A stretch of DNA of 64,000 bases from assembly GCF_030144855.1 (NCBI RefSeq), contig NC_082706.1:13020001-13084000 (forward strand), written 5' to 3'. Positions 47,351 to 58,777 of this stretch are shown piece after piece. Both the position numbers and the translations under genes were made by a program. Position 1 is the stretch's first letter. Each line of letters begins with the position of its first letter. The DNA is from Hypanus sabinus. Its lineage: Eukaryota. The notes beneath the pieces were generated by a model. It saw only the letters and a program-made list of their open reading frames with translations, was not told the DNA's origin and made no database searches.

Positions 47351-48344
47351 AGGCTGCTTTCAATGAACCCTTTTTCAGAGTGCGAAATGAGATCTTTTTC
47401 CCTAGGGGTCAGAGATTGAGGTGGAGGATATTGTGAGTGTATGGGACTGGGGGTATATTCAACACGGTGGAGTTCAAAGAGGATGATGAAGTTCAGTTAA
47501 ATTAAAGGAATAGGCTTCAAGCAGATATGTCTGGGTTTTTTTGCTCTCTGTTTTGAATGTGCTGTGTATGTTTTGCACCATGGCCCAAGAGGAACACTGT
47601 TTTGTTCAGCTGTGTTTGTGTATGGTTGAATTTGAACTTGAATTTGATTTGATCTGAATTTGAGGATGCTGGATTGGTGCTTGGTCGGGGGCAGTCTCCT
47701 ATCAAATAAAGTAAACTGCAGAGGTATCAGAGCTATGAATATGCCTAGTGATTGTAGCTACTAGGAGCAATGTGGCCAAATGTTCCAGTATTGTAATGCA
47801 CATGTGACTGATTCTGAGAAGGCCTTGTTGATGGCTATCTTGTGAATGGAAATACTGCATCAACTTTCCAGAGTTGCTGGCTTCCTCCTGAAAGTGGTTG
47901 CAATTACACAACCCTCTAGAACAGGGGTTCCCAAACTTTGTTTTAAATGCTGTGGACCACACTGTTAACCCAGGGATCCCAGGTTGGGAACTTCTTCTCT
48001 AGAAACATAAGATTCTGCCAATGCTGGGAATCTAGACTAACACACACAGAATGCCAGAGGAACTCGGCAGGTCAGGCAACATCTATGGAGAGGAATAAAG
48101 AGCCAAATTTTCGGGGTGAGATCCTTCATCGGGACTGAAACGTCAACTCTTTATTTCTCTCCATAGATGCTGTCCTACCCTGGTGAGTTCCGGCAGTATT
48201 TTCTGTGTATTGCCCTCTAGCAACAAGTATTTTAACACATTTTTCACTGTTTCCAAGTCCTTCACTCTTTCCTTCTGCTTCCCATTGGGCAACTGTCCTA
48301 TCCATCTCCTGCATCAGGAATAACTTGTTCCAATTTCATTTCAG

Positions 48345-48511
48345 TGGGAATCGAAGTAATAGAACTTTCAAACCGAAAAAGAACATTCCAGAAGGTTCTC
48401 ACCAGTATGAGTTGCTAAAGCATGCCGAAGCAACCCTGGGCAGTGGTAATCTTCGGCAAGCTGTTATGTTACCAGAAGGCGAGGATCTTAATGAATGGAT
48501 TGCTGTCAATA
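48345..48511 (+). CDS. MOB1A: MOB1A coding exon 2
   Basis: 167 nt, CAG/GTAAGT; TFKPKKNIPEGSHQYELLKHAEATLGSGNLRQAVMLPEGEDLNEWIAVN. LRQAV and EWIAV are MOB1A-type. Confidence 0.97.
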
Positions 48512-49479
48512 GTAAGTTTGGCATGTTTGTATTTTTTTTCTGTCTCCAACTCATCTACAGTAACATTACCTAGCTTGTGTGCCTAATTCTTTTGTACAGT
48601 AGTATATGTAACTGTACCATTGCAGATTATCTTCTCAGCTGCCAAGGCCCTAAGCTTTGGAATACTCTGCTGCCTGTACAATATTTAATGATATTGTCAT
48701 GTTGGAGGCAATTACAAGGCTACAGGAGAATGGGACTGATGGGATTGTTCTGCTGGAAGCTGGTATGGATCCAGTGGGCAGAATGGCCTCCAGTGCCATA
48801 AGTTAAGATTGCAAATACAGTCTGAAGAAATGTGAACAAACTTTCTACATTATGAACTTTAATATTTTTTTGGCTTGTTATTGAGTGTGCCCCAAATTAC
48901 GAGTTGAAAACCCAGCTCTTTCCAGGATTATTTTTTTATATATATAAGTGTTTGGTTATTTGAAACATTGTGGGCTTAACGGGTTCACCTTTGCTGAGAG
49001 AGTGGTTTAAAGACCCAGGACTGGTATGCTTTGATTGTAGGCCTGATATAGCTCTGGAATACTGTGCTGCCTGTACAGTATAACATTTCCTAAATGTGGA
49101 CTGAGTGCCCAATGATTGATTAAGTATTCCTGATCAATTCTGGGGCAAATTCTGGATACAGTGTTTTAAAGACACTTGTACTTGTTTTCCTGGAAGAGCC
49201 CTTCTGCCCATCTTGTCCATGCAGACCATCTGTACTAAACACATTTACCACCATTTACTTGATCCATGGCCTTCTCTCCCAGCTTTCTGGGTAGCTTTGA
49301 TTTTTTTTTCTCTCTGTTGAGTGTTTGTACAACTTGTATTGAAATGTCTTGTTGAAACAAAGTGGAATATGGTTCTATCTTAAACTGAGCTTCCAAATTG
49401 TATTCCTTTTGGGCTTGTATCACTGAAAGCACCAAAAGTGTTACAGAAATGAGTGTTTTTCTTTTTCCCCCTGCGTTTT

Positions 49480-49930
49480 TGAGGGATTGGAGGGGGTGTA
49501 GAGGAGATTTGCCGGGATGCTGCCTGGTTTAGAGAATATGGATTATGATCAGAGATTAAGGGAGTTAGGGCTTTACTCTTTGGAAAGAAGGAGGATGAGA
49601 GGAGACATGATAGAGGTGTACAAGATATTAAGAGGAATAGACAGAGTGGACAGCCAGTGCCTCTTCCCCAGGGCACCACTGCTCGGTACAAGAGGACATG
49701 GCCTTAAGGTAAGGGAGGGAAGTTCAAGGGGGATATTAGAGGAGGGTTTTTTGCTCAGAGAATGGTTCGTGTGTGTAATGCACTGCCTGAGTCAGTGGAG
49801 GAGGCAGATACACTAGTGAAGTTTAAGAGACTACTAGACAGGTATATGGAGGAATTTAGGGTGGGGGTTGTATGGGAGGCAGGGTTTGGGGGTCGGTGTG
49901 GCATTGTGGGCCGAAGGGCCTGTGGTTCTT
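49480..49930 (+). mobile_element. CR1-type LINE 3' fragment
   Basis: Frame reads MLPGLENMDYDQRLRELGLYSLERRRMRGDMIEVYKIL. Confidence 0.9.
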
Positions 49931-50550
49931 TGTTCCCTTCCCCTTTGCTCCTCTGCCCGATGGTACAATAGTGTAGTAGTTAGCACTTTTCAACACCAGC
50001 AATTGGAAGGTTTGCGTTCAATTCCTGCTACTGTCTGTAAGGAGTTCGTACATTCTCCCTGTGATTGCGTTTCTTTCCTCCAGATGCTCTGGTTTTCTCC
50101 CACATCGCACAGAGATACGGGTCAGAGTTGGTAGGTTGTGGGCATTCTATGTTGGTGCTGGATGAATGGCAACACTTGTGGCTTCCCCCAATATCAATGA
50201 TCCAAACAGTTGATTTCACTGTATGCTTCAATGTACAAGTGACAAATAAAGTTAATTTTATCTTAATTTATAAAGCTAATCTTTCACTTTCATTCTCCCA
50301 CAAAATAAAATACTGAATTATTTTGAAAGTATAAAATTGACATGTCTTGGTATTAAATGGTTAGTTTGCCAAACATGAGATTTAATTTTGGTGTTTAGAT
50401 CCTTGTTACTTTAGGTAAAGTTTTATAACAACATGGGGAGCAGTTCCTGTGGTTGTTTTAAGCTGGAGGCTGCTGTTAACAGTACATTTCAAATATTAGT
50501 TTAGTGACCTGAGGGTTAGTCATAGAAATGACATTGTTATTTCTTTTCAG

Positions 50551-50644
50551 CTGTGGACTTCTTCAACCAAATCAACATGTTATATGGAACAATAACAGAG
50601 TTTTGTACGGAGCAAAGCTGCGCTGTTATGTCAGCAGGACCAAG
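50551..50644 (+). CDS. MOB1A: MOB1A coding exon 3
   Basis: 94 nt, CAG/GTAGGC; [32 protein letters not shown]. Confidence 0.97.
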
Positions 50645-53600
50645 GTAGGCTGAAATGCTGTATATTTTACTATAAAAATTTTTATGAAGTTGCTGAATGA
50701 CAAGACAAATGACCTAATGGGGAAATATTAAAAGTTGAAAGTAAATTTATTATCAAGACACATAGTATACGTTACCTTGAGAATCATTTTCTTGAAGTTT
50801 TTACAGAAAAAAAGAGATAAATGTTCGAAGTACGTTTATTATCAAAGTATGTATACTATATACATCCTTGAGATTCATCTCTTTACAATAGAAACTATTT
50901 TAAACACACAATGAGCAGGGGTAAAAAAGCAAGTCATGCAAACAATAAAAGTACGCAAATAACATTCAGTACTGAAGTTTACGAAAGTGAGTCCGCAACC
51001 ACTACGTCAGTTATCACTGTAGCCGATTCAGGAGCCCATTAATTGCAGGCCACAGCCTCAGTTCAGCGCAGACAAATAAACCTTGTGGAGCAGTGAGCTG
51101 AAAATCAGCCTATCTCTCGCCTCCGGCCCCAACACCCTGACCTTCTCAATCTGGCCCAGCGTTTAAATTGGCCAAAGCTCGGGTCCTTTCTTGCTCTTAG
51201 TCTCGGGCCCTGCTGCTTTGATATGCCCTTGGGCCTAGGGCCTGCTGCCTCAATTTGGCCAGTATCTGAACTTTTCAATTCAGCCTGGTGCTTAAATCAG
51301 TCAAACCTCAAATTTTTTTCCTCTAACTCGGGCATCGGTTCTACTGCATCGAATTGCCTCCGAGTGCACTCCAACAATGGTCAGGCATTGGCTTATTCCC
51401 CTGCTGTCTCAATTCAGACCGTACATGCTATGCTACAACTGTCCTGCACCTTTGAGATTTCAGCTCACACCACAGAAATGCCAGGTCATACAGGCAGTTC
51501 AAAAGTTTAACTCCAGAAGGGTAGTTACAGGCAATTGATTGCAGTGATCAAAGTTCTATAGAGTCTGTGGAAAAACCACATAAAAGACTGGCAAGCCAAT
51601 GTGCAAAAGAAACCAAATTGAGCAAGTTAAAAGAAAAATAATTAAAACTGAGAACATGAGTTGTCAGAGTCAAGTGATTCTGTAGGTTGTAGAATCAGTT
51701 CAGAGTTGTGGTCAGTGAAGTTGTCCACACTGAAGAGCCTGAGGGTTGAAGGGTAATGTGTATTCCTGAATCTGGTGTGTGGGACTTCAGGCTTTTGTAG
51801 CTCCTAACCAACAGTAGCAAGAAGAAAGCATGTACTGGATGATGGGAATCTTTGATCAATGCTACTTTCTTGTGGCAGTGTTCCATGTAAATATACTCAG
51901 TGCTGGGGAGTTTTGCATTGATGGACTGGGTTGTATCTATCACTTTCAGTAGTCTTTTCCAGTCCTGGGCATTGGTGCTTCCATGCCAGGCTGTGATGCA
52001 ACCAGTTAAGATGCTGTGCAACTATCGAGTTGGCATGCCAAATTGAGTTTGCAGTAAATGTTTTCCAGGAGTCAATGTAGTATAATTTCACTTGATGTTT
52101 GGTATGAGGGATTGAACTGTGAGGAATGTTAGTGTCATTGTTCTAAACTTGAGGAAATGTAGACCAGTAAGCAATTTTATGGAAGCCTGGGGGATTTTGA
52201 ATGCGGTGATGGGATGTGTGCAGAAAGCAACACACACGATGTTGGGTGAACTTGGCAAGCCGAGCAGCATCTATGGAAAAGAGGATGGTCGACACTTCAG
52301 GCCAAGACCCTTTCGCAGGAGGAAAAGAAATGAGGAGTCAGAGTTAGGAGGTGGAGGGAGGGGAGGGAGAAACACAAGGTGATTGGTGAAACTGGTAAGG
52401 GGGAAGGGTAAAGAGTTGGGATGTTGACTGGTGAAAGACATACAGTTCTGGAGAACAGAAAGCCATGGAAGAAAGAAAAGGGAGGAGGAGCACCAGAGGG
52501 AGGCGGTGGGCAGGAAAGGAGTTAAAGGGAGTGGGGAATGGTCAAGAGGGAGGGGGCATTATTGGAATTTTAAGAAATTGGTGTTTGGCTGGAGAGTTCA
52601 GAGCTGAAAGGTCCTGATCTCCAGCTAAGAGGTTGGCCCTACAGATTGGGGCAGCACGGTAGCATAACCCTAATACAGTGCCATCAGCCCAGATTCATTT
52701 CCCAGTACTGTTTGTACGTCACCACATGGGTTTCCTTGGGGTGCTCTGGTTTCCTCCCACATTCCAAAGACACATGGGTCATCAGGTGTAATAGTGTGGC
52801 ACAGGTTCATTGGGCAGGAAGGTCCTCTTACTGTGCAGTTTGTCTAACTATAAACAAAGCACCAAAAAGCAGAAAACTTTATTTAGAGAATTGTTTGGAG
52901 TTTACTGTTTGAGAGCTGTGGCTGCTGGATTTCTGAATAATAAAAAAAGGCAAAAATGAATACAATTCATTTTTTGTAGAAGTCATGGTGATCTTGAAGG
53001 TCTTGGATTAATTTGTTTGTTATTTGCAGTATCATATGATGTAAGTGATCATTGTCTTTCCATGACCATGATTTTTCTACGGAAGTGGTTTGCCATTGTC
53101 TCTTTCTGGGCAGTGTCTTTACAAGACAGGTGACCCCAGCCATTATCAATACTCTTGGTATCAGTGATCGCATAACCAGGACTTGTGATATGCACCAACT
53201 GCTCATACGACCATCCACCACCAGCTTCCATGGCTTCACATGACCCTGATCAGAGGTGGGGGGTTGTGCTAAGCAGGTGCTACACCTTGTAGGGTGACCT
53301 ACAAGCTAGCAGAGGGAAGGAGTGCCTTGCACTTTGGTAGAAATGTATCCCTGCCCCACCACCTGGTCTAGGATTAGCCTCAATACAATATAGCTGAGTG
53401 ACCTGCAAGTGTGCGCTCAGTAAACAGTTTATTAGATGCCACCTATCAATAGTAAAGTGACTACTGAATGGATGTTTGTGGTCTCCTGCTGCAGTAGTTC
53501 ATACACTCGAAGGTTCGATGTGTAGTGCATTCAGAGATGCTCTTTTGCAAGCCACTGTTGTAACGTGGTTATTTTTGAGTTGCTGTTGGCTTCCTGTCAG

Positions 53601-55268
53601 CTTGAACCAGTCTAGCAATTTTCCTCTGACGTTTCTCATTTACAAAGCATTTTTATCCACAGAACTGCCTCTCACTGGATTTTTTTTTTGCCTTTGTCAC
53701 CATTCTCTGTACACTCCAGAAACTGTGGATCTCCTGGGATTTTCATGCACAACAGTTTCTGAGACACCAACAATCAATCCACATTCAAAGTCACTTAGAT
53801 CACATTTCTTCCTCATTCTGATTTTTAGTCTGAACAACTGAACCTCTTGACCATGTCTGCATGGTGTTATGCATTGGGTTGAAGCCACACAATTTGACTG
53901 ACTAGATATTTGCATTAATGAGCAGGTGTACATGTGGCTGTTGACTCTATTTTCTCTTGTGCTCACAGATATCTGTAGGAAACCCACAATTAAATGTGGC
54001 TAGAAATTATTGAAACCTTAAAGATTGATATTTCATTAGTTTTGAAAGGCTATTTAAAAAGAAAGTGCTAGAAATGCTTAGCTGAATGAGTAGCAGTCAT
54101 TGAGAGAGAAACAGAGTTAACGTTTCTGGTCAGTGATCCTTCAGCAGTTCTGAAATTCAGACACTTCACTGATGTTGCCTGACCTGTTGAGCATTCTTTA
54201 CACTTTGCTCCACATTTCCAGCCTCTTCAGTTTCTTTTTTTTTGCTCTTTTATTCTGGTGCGTTTGTCATCAATGCATATAGGGCAGAAACTGCTTAGTG
54301 GTAATCAAGGGAGCTACTAACAAAGTTTATTCTTGCATCTGAACTGAATTTGGGGTAATAAACACTAAAATTCTAAAGTAAGGAGTATTTTCTACTTCAA
54401 ACTTGATACTACAAGTTCCAATCCTAATTCAAAGTTCGAAGCCAATTTATTATCCATGTACTTGGTCATCCTGTGGTTCATTTTCTCACAGAGATGCTCA
54501 ATAAATCTAATAACTATAATAGCACCAATGGAAGAATGTACCATAACCAGTGTGCAAGTACAAATAGAAATAATAGTAAATCAATAAGCAATAAATTATT
54601 CAGGACATGAGATGAAGAGTCCTTGAAAGTGAATTCATAGATTGTGGGGACAATGTAGTGATATGGCAGTGTAGCACCAGTATCCCCTTTTGGTTCAAGA
54701 GCCTGATGGTTGAGAGGTAGTAACTGTTCCTGAACCTGGTGGTGAGTCCTGAGGCTCCTGTACTACCTTCATGATGGCATCAGCGACAAGAGAACATGAC
54801 TTAGTTGGGGGGGGTTTCCTAATGATGGATGCTGCTTTTCTGCAACAGTGTTCCATGTAGATATGCTCAATGGTGGGGAGGGTTTTGCCTGTGATGGACT
54901 GGGCCTTATCTATTACTTTTTGTAGGATTTTCAGTTCAAAGGCATTGGTGTTTTTCTAACAGGCTATAATGCAGTCAGTCACTATACTCTCCACCACATA
55001 CTTATAGAAGTTTGTCAAAGTTTTAAATGTTATGCCAAATCTTTACAAACTCTTAAGGGAGTAGAGGCGCTGCTGTGCTTTCTTCATAATTGCACTGAAA
55101 TAACTTATCCATGCTCTTTATCTTTTTTAAAAAAAAACTTTGTCACATTTACATCAAAATGTATAATTAAGTGCATTCACAAAGGAGAAAATCTGCAGAT
55201 GCTGGAAATCCAAGCAACATGCAAAATACTGGAGGAACTCAGCAGGCCAGGCAGCAACTATGGAAAAG

Positions 55269-55305
55269 AGTCGACATTTCGATTAGAGACTGTTCATCAG
55301 GACTG
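55269..55305 (-). ncRNA. Decayed minimal hammerhead motif with intact core boxes
   Basis: CAGTC-CTGATGA-ACAGTCTCTAATC-GAAA-TGTC-GACT: CUGAUGA, GAAA, GUC and stem I are present; stem II is degenerate. Confidence 0.5.
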
Positions 55306-56779
55306 GAGAGAAAAAGTTGGAGTCAGAGTTAAAAGTGCGTTATTGCTTGAGAGGTGCTGGGCGCATCCCCAGGTGTAGCCATGCTGCTGGTGCCAGTACA
55401 TCATGCTCACGACTTACTAGCACTAACCTATACATCTTTTTGAAATGTGGGAGAAAACCCATGCGGTCACAGGAAGAACATACAAATTCCTTGCAGACAG
55501 CGGTGAAAATTGAATCCCAATCTTTTGATTGCTGCTGCTATATTAGTGTCCTGCTGAACACCATACTGCCATGCTCTATCCACTGAATCACACCAGTAAC
55601 ATTCACAATGGCACAAATAAAATGTCAGTGTACGTCTTTTGAATTGCTGCTGAGTTTCCCTGCATGTAGGGATAAATGTAACTAATTTGGGAACTTGCAT
55701 GACCAGCTGTTTTAATTCTTGCTTTCGAATCAGTCTGAAACTATGGGTTCCACTGCTTTGTATGTGTGTGACATTCAACAGAAATAGGACAGCAGAGCAA
55801 TTGGTAGTTTTGGGTCAATGTATTGATTTGTTTTCTCTTGCCAACTCTGCTCTCTTTCCCCTTGTACCAATCGTCAAACTGTATTCAATTGGATTACGGC
55901 ACTTTGGTTGTTTCACAATATTCTTCCCTTATCCTGTTGCTTCTGTACGATCAAATACTTTGGGGCCTGAGGCATGGGAAGGCGTGCCTTTGGGTTGAGA
56001 GGGTCTGAGATCAAAAGAGATGTGCTGAGCAAGTTTGTTTTTTTTTACACAACTCCTGCAAGAGTGGGAGATTAGGGAGACTACAGGTGTCCCTGGTGAC
56101 TTCACCTGTAGGAAGTCCACCCAGCTGAATGAGGCTCCTGACTAACCACGTGAAGGAGCTGGCCACACTTGCGATCTTCTGTGACACTGAGGGCATCATA
56201 GACAAGAGTTTTATTAAGGTGGTCACAATACCATACCATCCAAGTCATACTCTCTTCTTGCTGGTGTCATTAGGAAGGGCATATAGGAGCCTTGGGCTTC
56301 ACACCACTACATTCAGGAGCAGTTATTACCCAAAAACCATTAGGCTCTTGAACCAACATTGATAACTTCACTCACCTCAGCTCTGAAATGAAGCTTTGGG
56401 GAGCATTCCAGTGAAGTTGGCCATGTGGATGAGTTTGAAAAAGGAAGCAGTAGAATGAATGGTTTCTGTAACAGAAGTTGAGGTATTTTTTTTAATAGAG
56501 GAGCATGTCTGGCTCAGTTGGTGGGGAGGATGTTTAAAGGAGGGGTTTTCTGCTTCATAATAAAATTGAGTTAGTTAAGTAGAAATGAAACAGGTGTACA
56601 GCAGGTAATACTGCTGCACCACTGCTCATCTCCTCACTAACTTTCAGTTCCCTTGTTCTGACCACCTCATTTTCACCGTGGATGTCCAGTGCCTATACTA
56701 TGTTCCCAACCTGCAGTCCGCAAACCTCTCGGTTAGTGGTCAAGGTCCATGGCATACAAAAGGTTGAGAACCCCTACTA

Positions 56780-58300
56780 TACACTTTATCTCCCATCGAG
56801 AAGGCCTTAAAGCTGCCCACTTCCTTCTCAATAAAAGAATCAACTAGTTTCTCTCCACTGCCACCCTCCTCTGACTGGTAGAACTGGTCTTCACCTTTTT
56901 CCTTCGGCTCCTCCCACTTTCTCCAGATTTGAAGGGTAGCCATGGGCCCCGGCTATGCTTGCTTTTTGGTGGCTACTTAGAACAGTCCATGTTCCAAGCC
57001 TTCCCCGGTAGTGTTCTGATGACTACATTGGTGCTGCTTCATGCACCCATGCTGAGCTCGTTAGTTTCACCAACCTTGCCTCCAACTTCTATCCCGCTCT
57101 TAAATTCACTTGGTCCATTTCTGACACTTCCCTCCGCTTCTCGATTGCTCTGTCTCCATCTCTGGAGACAAACTGTTGGCTGATATCTTTTATAAACCAC
57201 CTGATTCCCATGGTTATCTTGATTATAACTCTTCCCACCCTGTCTCCTGTAAAATGCTGTTTTTTTTTCTCTCTGCTGTATCTGTTCCCGGGATATGACT
57301 TTCCTTTCCAGGATGTCAGAGATATCCTTCAAAAAGCAGGATTTCTCTTCTACCACCATTGATGCTGCATTACCCGCGTCTCTTCCATTTCCCGAATGTC
57401 CCAATCAGTGATGGAGCTCCTCTTGTTCTCCACAATTTCGCCATCTTCAAAGGAGTCTTGCCAACAAACATATCTTTACCTCTTTTTTTTCCTCTCACCC
57501 TCCCCCCCCCCTTAATTTGTGCAGGGATCGCTCCCTCTATGATTCCTTTGTCCACTCGACCCTCCCTACTAATCTCTCTTTTGGCGCTCATCTCCACAAG
57601 CAGCCAAAGTGCTACACCTGCCATGCATCTCCTCCCTCACCTTTTATTCAGTGCCTCAAACAGTCCTTCCAGTTGAAACAACAGTTCACCTGCGGTGCTC
57701 CTGATGCGGCCTCTACATTGGTAAGACCCTTCGTAAATTGAGGGAAACCTTCATCGAGTACCTCCACTCCATCCGCCAAAAGTAGAACTTCCTGGTGGCC
57801 AATTTAGTTTCAATTCCCATTCTGTCACGTTGATTCATGACCTCATCTTGTGCCACGGTGAGGCTACCGTCAGGATGGAGGAACAGCACCTTGTATTCTG
57901 TCTGAGTAGCTTCCAACCCGATGGCATGAATATTGATTTCTCCCTCTGGGGTAGAGGGAATTCCCTACCCTCAGCTTCTCCTGTTCCCCACTCTGGCCTC
58001 TTAACTCTTACCTGCCCCTGGGTTCTCTTCCCCCCTCCCCAACCTCTCCCCTTTCTCCTATGGTCCACTCTCCTCTATCACTCTATCAGATTCCTTCCTC
58101 TCTTGCCCCATTACCTTTTCTACTCACCTGATTTCACCTATAACCTGCTAGCTATCCTCCTTTACTTCCTCCTCCCTTTTTATTCTGACACCTTCCCCCT
58201 TCCTTTCTAGTCCTGAAGTAGGGTCTCTGCCTGAAGCGTTGACTGTTTAAGCATTTCCACAAATGCAACTTAACCTGCGGAGTTCCAACATTTTGTGTGT
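56780..58300 (+). mobile_element. Penelope-like element 3' part (RT remnant, GIY-YIG endonuclease, terminal repeat)
   Basis: YIGKTLRKLRETFIEYLHS at about 57715 (GIY-YIG second motif); EEQHLVFCLSSFQPDGMNIDFS C-terminus; terminal repeat with a hammerhead-like motif at 58208-58245. Confidence 0.85.
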
Positions 58301-58643
58301 ACAGCATCAGTGACCCAGGTTTGGTCCTGACCTGAGTCCCTAAGGTGCTTGGGTTGCTAAAGATGCCCTGCTTGGTAGGGTAATTATTTGCTGTAAATCA
58401 TCCCTCATGCAGGTGGTTGTTAGAATAATTGGTGTAGAATTGATGGGATTGTATTGAGAGCTGGAATGGAATCAATTGGCTTCCCTCCATGTTGTTAGAA
58501 AATATAACAACATTTAAAATGGACTCGCAGTTCTAGCTAACTAATTATAGACTAACTAATTATATAACATCCTAAAAGTTAAACAGTTATTGTTATTTTG
58601 CTGCTAATGCATTGTTTTGCTTCCTTCCATTTCTGCCATTAAG

Positions 58644-58777
58644 ATACGAATACCACTGGGCTGATGGCACAAACATTAAAAAGCCAATCAAGTGTTCTGC
58701 TCCAAAGTATATTGATTACCTTATGACATGGGTACAGGACCAGCTTGATGACGAGACCCTATTTCCTTCAAAAATAG
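58644..58777 (+). CDS. MOB1A: MOB1A coding exon 4
   Basis: 134 nt, AAG/GTAAGC; YEYHWADGTNIKKPIKCSAPKYIDYLMTWVQDQLDDETLFPSKI. Confidence 0.97.
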
